Made by a program: the position numbers and the translations under genes
The notes under the pieces: generated by a model
The model's input: the letters and a program-made list of their open reading frames with translations, nothing else
Database searches by the model: none
What the model was told of the DNA's origin: nothing
In this document: positions 41,009-51,140 of the stretch, one piece after another
How positions within the stretch are numbered: the stretch's first letter is position 1
Layout: every line of letters begins with the position of its first letter
Assembly (NCBI GenBank): GCA_002352645.1
Contig: DEIU01000039.1
Coordinates: 67,656 to 131,655, forward strand
From: Acidimicrobiia bacterium UBA2766
GTDB lineage: Bacteria; Actinomycetota; Acidimicrobiia; UBA2766
Length of the DNA: 64,000 nucleotides
Direction of reading: 5' to 3'

Positions 41009-43394
41009 TTTTGTGGAAAAACGTGAGAGGCGTTCCGCCTGGGGCGCGCCGCAGGGATTACGCAAGCGTGCCCGTTTTTTCGCACGCGCTCACGCTCCTG
41101 CGCCCCCCTCGACCGCTTGGGATCTGCTCCCGCTAGCCGGTGCCGGCGACCTGGGAACAATTCCTGTGACCGCGGGATTATCGCGAGAAGAACAAGCCCT
41201 GTCCTGTCGCACAGCAGCAGGAGTCCATGCGGCTTCTGGCTGGATTTGGCCAGGCTGGATTGAAGAGAGCCTGAACCCCGCATCGCACGCTTTCCACTTG
41301 CTTTCTCCCGCGACCGGTCTTGTGAATACCAGCAAACGAAATCACACGGGAGTCGGAACTTTGCTGGAAGGGCCTGCTGTCCGTCTGAATGCGGACGGTC
41401 TGGTGCAAAGCCCCTGGGGCCCCTCGCTTGATTGGTGGGTGCGCGGACCCACCGGATGGATGTATCCGAGCCAGTGCACGACGCGCCAAGAAATACTTGC
41501 AGGCACTCCAGTTGTGCGCACTTCTCTTTCTGTGGGGACGGAAGGCTCTCTTGTCCACACTGTGTTCGGCATGGCCGGCACCCCGGATTGCGTGATTGTG
41601 CAAGTGCAGAACGAGACAGATGCCCCGGTTGCGTTGGCCTTTGTGGTTCGTCCGTACAGCTTGGAGGGGCTGGTTGAGCTGGGTTCCCTCTCCTTTGACG
41701 GGGCGACTGTGCAAGCTGACGGGCAGGACCTGCTCTGTCTTGCGGGGACTTTCCCGCATTCTGTGCACACTGCCTCTTCGGCAACGGGCGATGTCTGCCG
41801 GCAGCTTGAAGAAGTCCCGCCCACTGCTGCGCTCGGCCCGATATCGGTTGCTGACCCGCACGGGCTTGCCACCATGGCGCTGGTTTTTCTGATAGAGCAT
41901 GGTGCGCGTGTGAGCGTGTTGCTTCCGCTTGGCTCGCGTGATTTCGGGTCTGCGTCCGGTGCACCGGGCGAGTCCGGCGGGTCCGATGGGTCCGGCACGT
42001 CCGGTGTATCCGGTGCGTATGCGCATTTGGCTGAACGCTTGGTTCCTCCTGAGAGTGTGGTGCGAGGTTGGAAAAACCAGACACAACATGCAGTGACAGG
42101 GCATTTTCCTGACGGGCGGGCCACCGCTGCTTTTCGCGCTGCCCCGAGCTTTTTACTCCTGCACGGAGGAGGAGGGGACGATTCACCGCCCCTATCCGAC
42201 CCGTGCCGTCCTGTTCGGCCGGGAAGACCGCTCTGGGAGGAATCTCTGCGTGTGCAGGCGGCACTCAGCTTGGGCCTTGGTTCCCATGCCAAGGAGAGAA
42301 CTGCACGCCTGCGTGCACTGCAACGCTTGGACGGGTCTTTTCTGGACCAGACGGCCGAGCCTGCCGGCCGAGTTGCGGGAATTGCCGCCACGGTAAGTGC
42401 GATTGTCGGGCACTGGAAGTACACGCGTGATCCGCTAGAGGAGGAAGAAGAAGCGCTTGTTGTCTACAACGCGGTGCAGTGGTTATTGCGTGTACGGGGA
42501 GGAAACGCGAAGACAGGAGAACGGAAACGCCAACGGTTATCCTCTTTTGGCACGGAAACGATTGGGCTTCTGCTCCGGGCGTTTCAGGACACGTCTTTTT
42601 TTGGGGAAAAAATTGGCGATAAAGAGCTTCTTGCTGCAGGTGACGCTGGTGTAGAGCTTCTTGCCCCTGTGTTGGAGGAACGGCTTGCAATTGCGGCAGG
42701 CTGCGCCTGGACCGGTACCGGAAAGACGATACAAGGGCAACAGGCCTGGCTTGCTGCAGTGCGTGCATGCTGGCCACATCGGGTTCTGCCTGCAACGCAT
42801 CCTGGAATTGCGACTCTGCTGGGCCCGCTCGAAGAGAATTGGCAGGCGGCGCGGCCCTTGCGGATACTTGACGCGAGGGCAGGGTTTTTTCCCCGGGTCA
42901 TTTTCGGGCTTGCCGGAACGCTTGTCGCAAAGGCTGATCCGCGGGGCTGGGCGCTGTTTGCTGCGCTTTTGCCTGCGGTCACGAGTACCGGCCGCATGCC
43001 GAGTCTTATAAATCCCCGTACTTTTGGTGGTGGGGGAGGACGCGGAGAAGACCTGCCGACCGTGGCCGAGATGGCCTTGTTGCTACGAGATTTTTTTGTG
43101 CGAGACGAAGCAGACGCGCTTGAACTGTTTCCCATCTTGCCTTCCTCGTGGAATGAAAGCGAGCTTGGACTGCGCGGCCTTCCCACCCCGTATGGGTCAC
43201 TTGATGTGTGTCTCTCTTGCGAAGAAAAGACCTCAGCCCTGGCCTGGCGGGGATTATGGGGTACGCAAAAGCCTGAGATTTTTTCTCGTGCTGTGCGCCC
43301 GGGCTGGCGGACCCGGGATGAAGCCGGGACAGTCACGAGGGTGTGGGACGATGACACGATCGTCTCGGAAAGCGCGGACAGTGCAGACGTCTGA
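40995..43394 (+). CDS. Large hypothetical protein, possibly beta-sandwich plus six-hairpin glycosidase-like fold
   Basis: About 800-aa ORF overlapping the gpsA stop; beta-rich N-terminal half, helical middle, C-terminal LELFP..P..W...LPTPYG.L segment reminiscent of (alpha/alpha)6 glycosidase tails. The fold is inferred only. Confidence 0.5.
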   Translation: MGTGDFVEKRERRSAWGAPQGLRKRARFFARAHAPAPPSTAWDLLPLAGAGDLGTIPVTAGLSREEQALSCRTAAGVHAASGWIWPGWIEESLNPASHAFHLLSPATGLVNTSKRNHTGVGTLLEGPAVRLNADGLVQSPWGPSLDWWVRGPTGWMYPSQCTTRQEILAGTPVVRTSLSVGTEGSLVHTVFGMAGTPDCVIVQVQNETDAPVALAFVVRPYSLEGLVELGSLSFDGATVQADGQDLLCLAGTFPHSVHTASSATGDVCRQLEEVPPTAALGPISVADPHGLATMALVFLIEHGARVSVLLPLGSRDFGSASGAPGESGGSDGSGTSGVSGAYAHLAERLVPPESVVRGWKNQTQHAVTGHFPDGRATAAFRAAPSFLLLHGGGGDDSPPLSDPCRPVRPGRPLWEESLRVQAALSLGLGSHAKERTARLRALQRLDGSFLDQTAEPAGRVAGIAATVSAIVGHWKYTRDPLEEEEEALVVYNAVQWLLRVRGGNAKTGERKRQRLSSFGTETIGLLLRAFQDTSFFGEKIGDKELLAAGDAGVELLAPVLEERLAIAAGCAWTGTGKTIQGQQAWLAAVRACWPHRVLPATHPGIATLLGPLEENWQAARPLRILDARAGFFPRVIFGLAGTLVAKADPRGWALFAALLPAVTSTGRMPSLINPRTFGGGGGRGEDLPTVAEMALLLRDFFVRDEADALELFPILPSSWNESELGLRGLPTPYGSLDVCLSCEEKTSALAWRGLWGTQKPEIFSRAVRPGWRTRDEAGTVTRVWDDDTIVSESADSADV

Positions 43395-43635
43395 GCTGTC
43401 CTGAAGTGTGACGCAGGCGTCTGGGACGCCCTGAAGTGGGGCAGACGCTGCGCACAGCGTACAGGCAAAAGTGCGGGCAGGTGAAAAATGTGCCGACATC
43501 CCCTTCTCGGGGATATGGCTGGGGAAGGCGCTTCCAGGACAAGGCCCTCGTAACAGGAGCACTTCCACGAGGAGGCGTTCCCAGGACAAGGCTGTGCCAC
43601 AGCACGGTGAGAGGGAACGCTCCCGCGGAGTTTTC

Positions 43636-44685
43636 TTAAAATCCCCGTATTTTTTGTTGGGTGACGGTACTTGTTCCGGCTTGGAGAAGCTGCGAGCGTA
43701 CTTCGAGCAGCGACTCCATTTGCGGTCCAGTATTTCTACTGCCGATATGCAGGACAATATGGCGTGTTCCAGCTTCCACATATTGGGAGAGCCAGTCGGC
43801 GCATGCATTCACTCCACCGGAAAAACAGGCATGATGTTCTTGGAGAATGTCTGTGCCGATAAAACAGATGGAACGGATGAAATCATCGAGATGTGTACGG
43901 GCACGCTGCGTGTTCTCATCTATATGGACAGTGGCGTAGAAAGCAGGTGTGGGGCAACGAGGGCGTCCTGTAGTGAGCGCTGCTTCTTGTACGTCCTGCA
44001 GGCGCCGCGTATATGCCTCGGGAGAAGGGGAGTTGTGGAACCATCCGTCATAATGACTTCCAATATGACGAAGCACTGATTGGCTTTGGCCTTCCATCCA
44101 CACGGGAGGTCCCGAATAATCGGAACAGGTGTCAGGCAGGGAAAGCGAGGAAGCGGCAAGCCTGTGACAGCTTGCACTCTGTGTGGGGGCAGGGAAAATT
44201 TCTTTGCCTGTGTGGAGTTTTTCCCATAAACGCTTTGCGAGGTCCACAGTAGCTGCCATACGTCGAAAACGATTCTCGAGCGTGATGTCGTTCGTGATCA
44301 GAACTTTTTCCCGACTGATTCCTCCGCCGATTCCCAAGATAAAACGGCCTTTTGCCATGCCGTGCAAGGACGAGACGGTCTGTGCGAAAGACACGGGGTT
44401 GCGGAGGGCCGGAAAAAGAAGAACCGTGCCGAGCAGAATTGTTTGTGTTAAGGCGGCGGCACCTGCAAGCAGAACAACCGGGTCAAAGGGCAGACGGTGC
44501 AGGAAGGAGTCGCCTATCCAGAGTGAGTCGAAGCCCTGTTTTTCTGTCATTTCGGCAAAGCGCAACAGAGAATGAAGGTCGATGTCCTCGCTCGGGTTTG
44601 CTGTCGCGGTGGGAAAAAGTACACCAACGGAAACGTTTTGTTCTCTTGTCGCCTGTGGGTGGGTATCTCTCAAGGTGCTGTCCAA
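43636..44685 (-). CDS. LLM-class flavin-dependent oxidoreductase
   Basis: GFDSLWIGDS, LLGTVLLFPALRNPV, GRFILGIGGG, PPVW, YDGW. Confidence 0.85.
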   Translation of the reverse strand: MDSTLRDTHPQATREQNVSVGVLFPTATANPSEDIDLHSLLRFAEMTEKQGFDSLWIGDSFLHRLPFDPVVLLAGAAALTQTILLGTVLLFPALRNPVSFAQTVSSLHGMAKGRFILGIGGGISREKVLITNDITLENRFRRMAATVDLAKRLWEKLHTGKEIFPAPTQSASCHRLAASSLSLPDTCSDYSGPPVWMEGQSQSVLRHIGSHYDGWFHNSPSPEAYTRRLQDVQEAALTTGRPRCPTPAFYATVHIDENTQRARTHLDDFIRSICFIGTDILQEHHACFSGGVNACADWLSQYVEAGTRHIVLHIGSRNTGPQMESLLEVRSQLLQAGTSTVTQQKIRGF

Positions 44686-45117
44686 AGGTGACGGCCGATT
44701 GAGATCAGGCGAATGAGGAGTAGCGCAAGGCCTCTTTCCTGGGAACTGTTCTTATGACAGATCACAGAAAAGCTGGGCCTTTTGGATTGTGTGTGTGGCG
44801 AATGATCCGTGGTCATAGGCGGGAACGGGGACTCCGGTGTAGACGACACGGTACTGAAACAGCTGGTCTGCCGCCTGTTTTAGAGTGTGGCAAGTGATTG
44901 TCTCAGCTTTTTCGACTGTGCTTTCTGAGAGTAGTTCTCGTCTCTCCGATCGTCTATTTCTTTGGCGTATTTTTTCCACTTATTTGTGTGGAATTGCGTG
45001 AGAATTCATGCAATATCTTTGGGTGTTCCCTGTTTCTGCCGAAAAAATACGCAAGCAAAGTGTGAAATCTTGCCGTGGCGCCTGTTTGAGATGGTTGTTT
45101 TGGGTTTTACAGGCTCG

Positions 45118-45816
45118 TTAGAGTGATGCCAGCGCGCCTGTGACCTCTTTCAGAGGAAGTGGCCCGAACCAGCGTTTTCTTTCCATTCCGTCTGCATCGA
45201 GCAGGATCGCAGCAGGTTGTGCGGGGATCCGCAGGCTTCCCCAAGACTCTTGCGACTCGTCGAAAAGCATGCGAAAAGACAAGTCATGCTTTTCGACAAA
45301 GCCTTGGCCTGCATTTACCTTGTCCCGCGCGCCAAGACCGATGATCGTGAGGTCGTCGCTGTGTTCTTCTGACAGTTTTTTTATGCCAGGCGCTTCTTCT
45401 GCACAAACATGGCACCAAGGCGCCCAGAACCAGATCAGGGTGGGTTTGTCGACGGTGAGCGACGCGAGGTCGACTTTGCTCTCGTCAGCGAGATCTGTGA
45501 CGGTGACTTCCGGGAAAGTAAAAGATATTGGCTTTGTCCTGTGTTCCATGTCTGTCGTGGTCTTTTCGGAAGAATCCTGGCTATTGCTGGAGCTATCCGA
45601 CTGAGACGCACTTCCCGTGTCATCTGTATCGCTGCATGCGCTTATGCCGAGTACAACGAGAAAGGCCAGTGTGATTGCCCAAAAGCCGAAAGGCTTTTGC
45701 TGCGATTGGAGATACTTGGGATACCTGCTATTTCTCAAGATATGTGATATTTGCCGCAAAATAATGTTCCATTCTCTATCGGATGGGCGACATGAAGCGC
45801 GAGATATCTGACGCAT
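45118..45816 (-). CDS. TlpA-like thioredoxin/redoxin lipoprotein
   Basis: Hydrophobic stretch ending in lipobox LGISAC; FWAPWCHVC (CxxC); QP cis-Pro motif; true start may be downstream. Confidence 0.85.
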   Translation of the reverse strand: MRQISRASCRPSDREWNIILRQISHILRNSRYPKYLQSQQKPFGFWAITLAFLVVLGISACSDTDDTGSASQSDSSSNSQDSSEKTTTDMEHRTKPISFTFPEVTVTDLADESKVDLASLTVDKPTLIWFWAPWCHVCAEEAPGIKKLSEEHSDDLTIIGLGARDKVNAGQGFVEKHDLSFRMLFDESQESWGSLRIPAQPAAILLDADGMERKRWFGPLPLKEVTGALASL

Positions 45817-45967
45817 TGATTGCCCCTGCGAAGGAAACCCGCTAGGGGTCTTTGTTTTTTCTTCTTTTCTCGTCTTATGGACTGTTCTGCTCGAAAGTTT
45901 TTTGCCAAAAGACGAGAAAGATGGCAGCGGGCTGGATGGCAGCGGGCTGGAGCAGCGGCGGAAGGGG

Positions 45968-48900
45968 TTACCAGAAGCGGGCGGTCAGGATCTCCCAGGG
46001 ATGCAGGATGAGGGTTTTTTCGCTTGAGGTTCCTCTGCTCCCTCTCGGTGTTGGAACAAACTGGCCGCGTAAGTCCACTTTTGCAGGGGAGGGGGCGACG
46101 CTGTTGGCCGCTGCAGTACCGGTGTCGAGCTGGGCATGAAAGATGAGGTCGGTCTGGGAAAAGGACGTGACGCGCAGATCCAGAGTATTTTGCGTGCGCG
46201 TGAAGGTGCTGAGAGTGAAAAGCCCGGTTTTGTCGACCGTTTCATCGCCTGTTTTTTCGCTGGTTTCGAGGAAGAGAGGCGTGCCGGTTGGGGGCAGAGG
46301 ATCAGCCGGCGGTGTGTTTGTTGCGGGTTTCGCTTGGGTGCAAAAGGGGTGAGAGAAGGCATCGGCCGCGACGGGAATCCGCGCTTCTCGCCAATCTCCT
46401 CTGTGGAGGCGGAGCCCGCAACGGAAGTGCTGTGGGCCCTGGCTTTGGGCATGTTCGACGGCAAGGTTTGGGCCTGCTGGGTTTGGGCGCAGTGTCGGAG
46501 CAGGTCGTGCGAGGAAACCCGTTGCCCGCACCAGGGTGATGGCCAAATCCTGGCCTTCGTTCACTACTTCATACTCGGTAATTTGGTTGAGGAGGACTGC
46601 GAGCCCTGTGGTGTCAGGCTTTGCAGGTGCGGCAAGATCCGTGGCTGGAGCAGACAAAGCGCTCGTGTCTGCATCAGAGTTGGGACTGGAGAGCATGTTT
46701 TCTGTTGATGCTGTGTCCGGGTTTTTCTGGGCGGAGGAGGCAGAGGCGGGCGATGCTTTTTCTTGTGTTCGTTGCCCTGCGCAGTCGATGAAATCGCGTG
46801 CCGGCCAAGTGGATAAAGGAGCTTCTTGGCTGCTGCCTTCGGTTTCGAGAGGACGGCTCACGACTCCATAGGTTGTTCCTGCCCAGGAGCAGTCGACTGG
46901 GTTTGGCAGGGAAAAGAGCATCCGTAAGCGGTGGTCGCGCACAGTGTTCGAAAAGTCAATGGCGAGCGAAACTGTGCTTGTGCCGGCGGTCACTGTGACG
47001 AAAGTTGTGAGGGTGAACGAGACTGTCGTTTTCGAACGGGCAGTTTCATTTGCAGTAAGCCGGGCAGGAAGCTCGAACCGTCGTTGAATACGCAGGGTGG
47101 CGCGCAGGGCAGTGACATCCACCGTGTCGATGCGAACTTCTCGTGGCCGAGACACAGTTCTGTCTTGTGCAGGCGGTGAATAGTTGTAGGTGTCCCCGGC
47201 GTCGCCCCCGTCTTCTATGCGTCCCATTCCTTTGACGTGGGTGCCGTCTGCTCCGATAAGAGAGAATGTGCCGTCAGCAGGGTTGGTTTCTACTCGTATC
47301 AGGCCATTGTCGAGAACGGTGCCTTTTTTGCTGACAGAAACAGGCGCAAATGGCAAGGGAACAATCGAGGCTTCACTTGTGGGAACTGGGGTGAGGCAGA
47401 CCCATCCGAGGGGAGGGATCTCTGGTGCACGGAACTGTACCGTTGCGACTGCTGGTTGCACTGCGGTCACCTGTAGGCAGCAACCGGGTTGAGCCGCCAG
47501 GGCTAAAATGTGTTCTTCTACCGCGCCCATGTCAAGATGGCCGCGCATGACTGGTGCGGTGCCAAGCACAATGCGCGCGTTGACCCAATGGGTTGCGGGG
47601 TTTTCCTGCGATGCTTCGGTTTTCGAAGAGGCTGAAGCTGCGCTTGGAAAATCGAGAGCAACAGTGTCCGCGCTTGTTGTTTGAGAAAGGGCAGAAGCCG
47701 CGTCTTCTCCTGTTTTCGGGATTGTCTTGTGTGTTGTTTTCCCGGAACTTTTTTCTGGGCTGTGCGGGCCTTTTTTCCAGACTTTTCGTCGCCCTGGTCG
47801 CTGTGCTTTTCCTGAGGCTTCTGGCCCCACTGCTGGTTGTTCTGTTTGTGCTTGGCCTGTCGGAGGTGTGCCGGCAGGAGGTGGCGTGTCGGGAAAGACC
47901 GCAACAGTGTTGATCCAGAGGCTTGGTTGGTTTTTTCCGGGATTGGTGCGAAGGCCGGCAGAAATGCTGTGCAGGTCACGCCGGCGGATCAGCTCCAAGA
48001 GATCACCGGCTTGTTCTCCCGGCCATATTTCGTCGAAGACGATAGGCGCGGACCGTGCTGTTTCCTGGCAGGGAATGCGCGTTCCATCAGGGGTTTCGAG
48101 CGTGTAGCCGGGGAGAATATCGCCGATGGGAAGTTCGGTTTCCACAAAACTACTGCGCTGTCGTAATGAGGGGTTCCAGACCATGATGCTATGGCGCCGG
48201 TAGGGTTCGGGGTCGGGAAGGTTGCCGGTTGTGTCTTCGCCGGCATGTGGCGGGATTTGCGCGCAGGTCCAGGCTGGAGGGGGAAGAGTCATGTGCCGGG
48301 GGTCATGCGCGCGGGCGGTGAGCTTCTCGATCGCTTCGTCAAAAAGCCCCTGGGCGATGATTTTTGCTTCGCGATATCGCAGCTCTACCCCGGACATGGT
48401 CTCGTCGCTTGAACAAGCGCAAATCGAGTCGTGCGCGGAATTCAGAATGAGGCGTTCCCATGCGGCTTCGAGCAGAGGTTGGGAAAGAGTGTGGCCTGTC
48501 ACGATGGAGAGGGGTTCGCAATAGCGTTCCAGCAGATGTTCTGTTTCGCTTTGCAGGCGTTTGAGGTCGGTTCGTGTGGAGGTGACTCCCATAAGGACGT
48601 TTGCCCGCCAACCGCTGCGCATCTCCCCTTGGCAGATGGGCAGTGGGGTGTGCGCGAGGACGCCGTCTGCTGCGTCGAAAAAACGTTCGAGGCTGGAGAA
48701 CTCGAATCGCAGTGGGTTTTTGTGTGCTTCTGCGACCTTATTTGCCATGGCCATGTTTGTGTCGAGACCGGTTTGGGGAGGCCAGTGGTCGGTGCCGTTC
48801 ATGATGAGCAGATGACCGGGCGGGGAGAATTCTGCTTGTTCTTGCCAGAGCTCGCGTCCGCGCGCGTATAGACGATCAGCGTCGCTTGGGAGTTCCGCCC

Positions 48901-49441
48901 CGTTTGAATAGGACGCGCAGAGATAGGCTGTTCGCACCTTTGCGCCATCAAGCCCATACCAGGCGAAAATAGTGCGGGTCACGTCCGAGGGGACGCCGCG
49001 CCAGACGACGGCCCGAGAAAAGCCAAAGAGCTGTAGTATTTGCGGCATCTGGGCTATATGCCCAAACATGTCAGGTAGATAGGCCACGTTCATTGGGCGG
49101 TGAAAGTCCTCGGCACGCTTTCTGCCATGCGCCAGGTTGCGTACGAGTGTTTCACCTGACGCCAAGAATTCGTCAGGCAGGGTTGTCCAGGGGCCGATGT
49201 CGAGTCGACCGGCTTTCGCGTAACGGCGGATGTCTTCGCCACGTTCGGGACGGACGGCAAGATAGTCATCCAGCATGGCGGTTTGGCCGTCGAGCATGAA
49301 GCGGTAAGTCGGTACTGTGTCGAGAAGTTTCAAAACCTTGTCCATCACTCTGATGAGACGCAACCGGAAAGTTTCGAAAGGCTCGTACCACTCCCGATCC
49401 CAATGGGTATGCGGAATGATGTGCAAAGTTTGCTCGTTCAC
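45968..49441 (-). CDS. Glycoside hydrolase family 38 alpha-mannosidase with several low-complexity insertions
   Basis: HTHWDREWY, FMLDGQ, GPW...DEF, YLPDMFGH, NGTDH, NSAHDSICACS, GDAGDTYNYSPP, DHRLR. Confidence 0.92.
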   Translation of the reverse strand: MNEQTLHIIPHTHWDREWYEPFETFRLRLIRVMDKVLKLLDTVPTYRFMLDGQTAMLDDYLAVRPERGEDIRRYAKAGRLDIGPWTTLPDEFLASGETLVRNLAHGRKRAEDFHRPMNVAYLPDMFGHIAQMPQILQLFGFSRAVVWRGVPSDVTRTIFAWYGLDGAKVRTAYLCASYSNGAELPSDADRLYARGRELWQEQAEFSPPGHLLIMNGTDHWPPQTGLDTNMAMANKVAEAHKNPLRFEFSSLERFFDAADGVLAHTPLPICQGEMRSGWRANVLMGVTSTRTDLKRLQSETEHLLERYCEPLSIVTGHTLSQPLLEAAWERLILNSAHDSICACSSDETMSGVELRYREAKIIAQGLFDEAIEKLTARAHDPRHMTLPPPAWTCAQIPPHAGEDTTGNLPDPEPYRRHSIMVWNPSLRQRSSFVETELPIGDILPGYTLETPDGTRIPCQETARSAPIVFDEIWPGEQAGDLLELIRRRDLHSISAGLRTNPGKNQPSLWINTVAVFPDTPPPAGTPPTGQAQTEQPAVGPEASGKAQRPGRRKVWKKGPHSPEKSSGKTTHKTIPKTGEDAASALSQTTSADTVALDFPSAASASSKTEASQENPATHWVNARIVLGTAPVMRGHLDMGAVEEHILALAAQPGCCLQVTAVQPAVATVQFRAPEIPPLGWVCLTPVPTSEASIVPLPFAPVSVSKKGTVLDNGLIRVETNPADGTFSLIGADGTHVKGMGRIEDGGDAGDTYNYSPPAQDRTVSRPREVRIDTVDVTALRATLRIQRRFELPARLTANETARSKTTVSFTLTTFVTVTAGTSTVSLAIDFSNTVRDHRLRMLFSLPNPVDCSWAGTTYGVVSRPLETEGSSQEAPLSTWPARDFIDCAGQRTQEKASPASASSAQKNPDTASTENMLSSPNSDADTSALSAPATDLAAPAKPDTTGLAVLLNQITEYEVVNEGQDLAITLVRATGFLARPAPTLRPNPAGPNLAVEHAQSQGPQHFRCGLRLHRGDWREARIPVAADAFSHPFCTQAKPATNTPPADPLPPTGTPLFLETSEKTGDETVDKTGLFTLSTFTRTQNTLDLRVTSFSQTDLIFHAQLDTGTAAANSVAPSPAKVDLRGQFVPTPRGSRGTSSEKTLILHPWEILTARFW

Positions 49442-49498
49442 TCTGCCAGGCTAGAGGGGAGAAGGCTGCGCGTGGAGAGTGATTCGGTAGGAAGCCGT

Positions 49499-50296
49499 TC
49501 ACGCAGGTTTGTTGGCATCGGAAGAATCTGGGAGAGGGGAACAGCCTGCGACATTTTCCTGCGCCGAATGAGGACTTTGCGGCCTGTCGCCTGTGGGAGC
49601 GTGCCTCAGGTTTTCTCCGCAAATTGGAGATTCTTCGGTTTTCTTCCCCCAGCTTTCCCTGTGCAAAACCGTGTCGAGTGGACGGCGAGCACGCCACTGA
49701 TGACGTTCGAGATCGGGGATATCCGCGAAGCTGTGCACCGGGCCGAGGCAGAGCCAAGCCACCGGTCGGATATGGGCGGGAATGCCAAAGAGGTTTCGCA
49801 CGAACTCTTCTTGGTAGAAGGAAACCCAGCCGACACCAAGGTTTTCTGCTGTCGCGGCAAGCCAGAGGTTTTCGATTGCAAGACAGACGGAATACAGCCC
49901 GGTGTCGGGAATCGTATGGCGCCCCAACACATGGGGGGCAGCTCTGCTTGGGTCATACGTCACGAGGATTCCGAGACTGGATTCCAGAATGCCCTCAATC
50001 TTGATACGAGAGAACAAAACTTTTTCATCAGGGGGCAGGCAAGCACTGAATCTTTCGCGCTCCGCCGAAACATGGGCCTGGAAAGATGTTCGTTTTGCCA
50101 TGCTGGTCACGATGAGAAAATCCCAGGGCTGGCTCAAACCCACGCTTGGCGCGGCATGTGCAGCAAAGAGCACACGCTGCAGCACTTCCGGGGCGATTTC
50201 TCCGCCAGTGAAGTGTGCGCGCACATCGCGCCGACGGAATATCGTGCGGTAGGGCTCGGGCAGGTCCGGTCCAAAGAGGTGCTCAAATGTCGGCAT
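49499..50296 (-). CDS. bluB: 5,6-dimethylbenzimidazole synthase (flavin destructase)
   Basis: RRRDVR, AAHAAPSVGLSQPWDF, KIEGI, VLGRHTIPDTGLYS, AIENLWLAA..E.LGVGWVS, WLCLG. Confidence 0.9.
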   Translation of the reverse strand: MPTFEHLFGPDLPEPYRTIFRRRDVRAHFTGGEIAPEVLQRVLFAAHAAPSVGLSQPWDFLIVTSMAKRTSFQAHVSAERERFSACLPPDEKVLFSRIKIEGILESSLGILVTYDPSRAAPHVLGRHTIPDTGLYSVCLAIENLWLAATAENLGVGWVSFYQEEFVRNLFGIPAHIRPVAWLCLGPVHSFADIPDLERHQWRARRPLDTVLHRESWGKKTEESPICGENLRHAPTGDRPQSPHSAQENVAGCSPLPDSSDANKPA

Positions 50297-50638
50297 GGGA
50301 CCTTTGGGTCTCGGCAGTGTGGTGTCGGGCGTGGGGCTCTCTCCGCGTGCAAGTTGGTGTCCAGGTAGCGTCCAAGTCGCGTCCAGGTACGCAAACGCAG
50401 AGAGGTCACAATCCCAAGTCTGATCGTATCTTTGTCTTGAGGTGGGGTGCAACGGGAAAAGGCGGCGGGGATTCGATGTGTGGAGACTGCTGAGCTGGGA
50501 GATTTGCGGGTTGTTTGGCTTTTGCCCCTGTGTCTTGGCTTACGATTTGCTTATTGGACTCGGCCTTTCGGTATTTGTGTGCGCGCAAGAGCGCGGGCAT
50601 GCTTTTTTTCTGCAAATTGTCCTGCACAGGAGATGTTT

Positions 50639-50974
50639 ATGGGTGCGAAAAAGCTCAACTCTGTTCTCCCTGCATCAGACCTTGATGCGGCGGTCGCTTT
50701 CTGGAGCGAAGTCCTGGGTGTGGCTCCGACATTTGTGGATGGTGATCGCTGGGCACAGTTCGACCTTGAGGGCTCTCGTCTGGCCCTGGCTGGGAAAGAC
50801 CGCGTGTCTGAGCAAGCGGGTGTCATGGTGAAAGTCGATGATCTTGTCAAGGCGCGGACCGTGCTCGTTGATCGAGGGCAAAAAGTGAGCGAGATCGAAG
50901 AAGGACCGCATGAGCTGCGTTGTGCGACGCAAGATCCAGATGGGTCCCTGCTTGTGCTTTACCAGGGAAAGTAA
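50639..50974 (+). CDS. VOC/glyoxalase-family protein
   Basis: DLDAAVAFWSEVLG, VDDL, DPDG; AGGAG RBS. Confidence 0.85.
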   Translation: MGAKKLNSVLPASDLDAAVAFWSEVLGVAPTFVDGDRWAQFDLEGSRLALAGKDRVSEQAGVMVKVDDLVKARTVLVDRGQKVSEIEEGPHELRCATQDPDGSLLVLYQGK

Positions 50975-51140
50975 TGAGAAGTAGAGGCCAGTATGGGAAG
51001 CCGGAAGAAGCGGAGAGCTGCCGGCTTCAGAGCTACTTGTTCCCTTAACGAGTTTTCGCCGTTTTTTGCCCTCGGGTGCTCCCTTTCGCGCGCGACATGG
51101 ACAGAGCAGGCCTGCCTGGCCCATGCCCGTCTATGCCAAC

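Noticed and set aside
44752..44979. 75-aa ORF upstream of the LLM gene
   Set aside because: No motif and no clear RBS; cannot be supported as a gene
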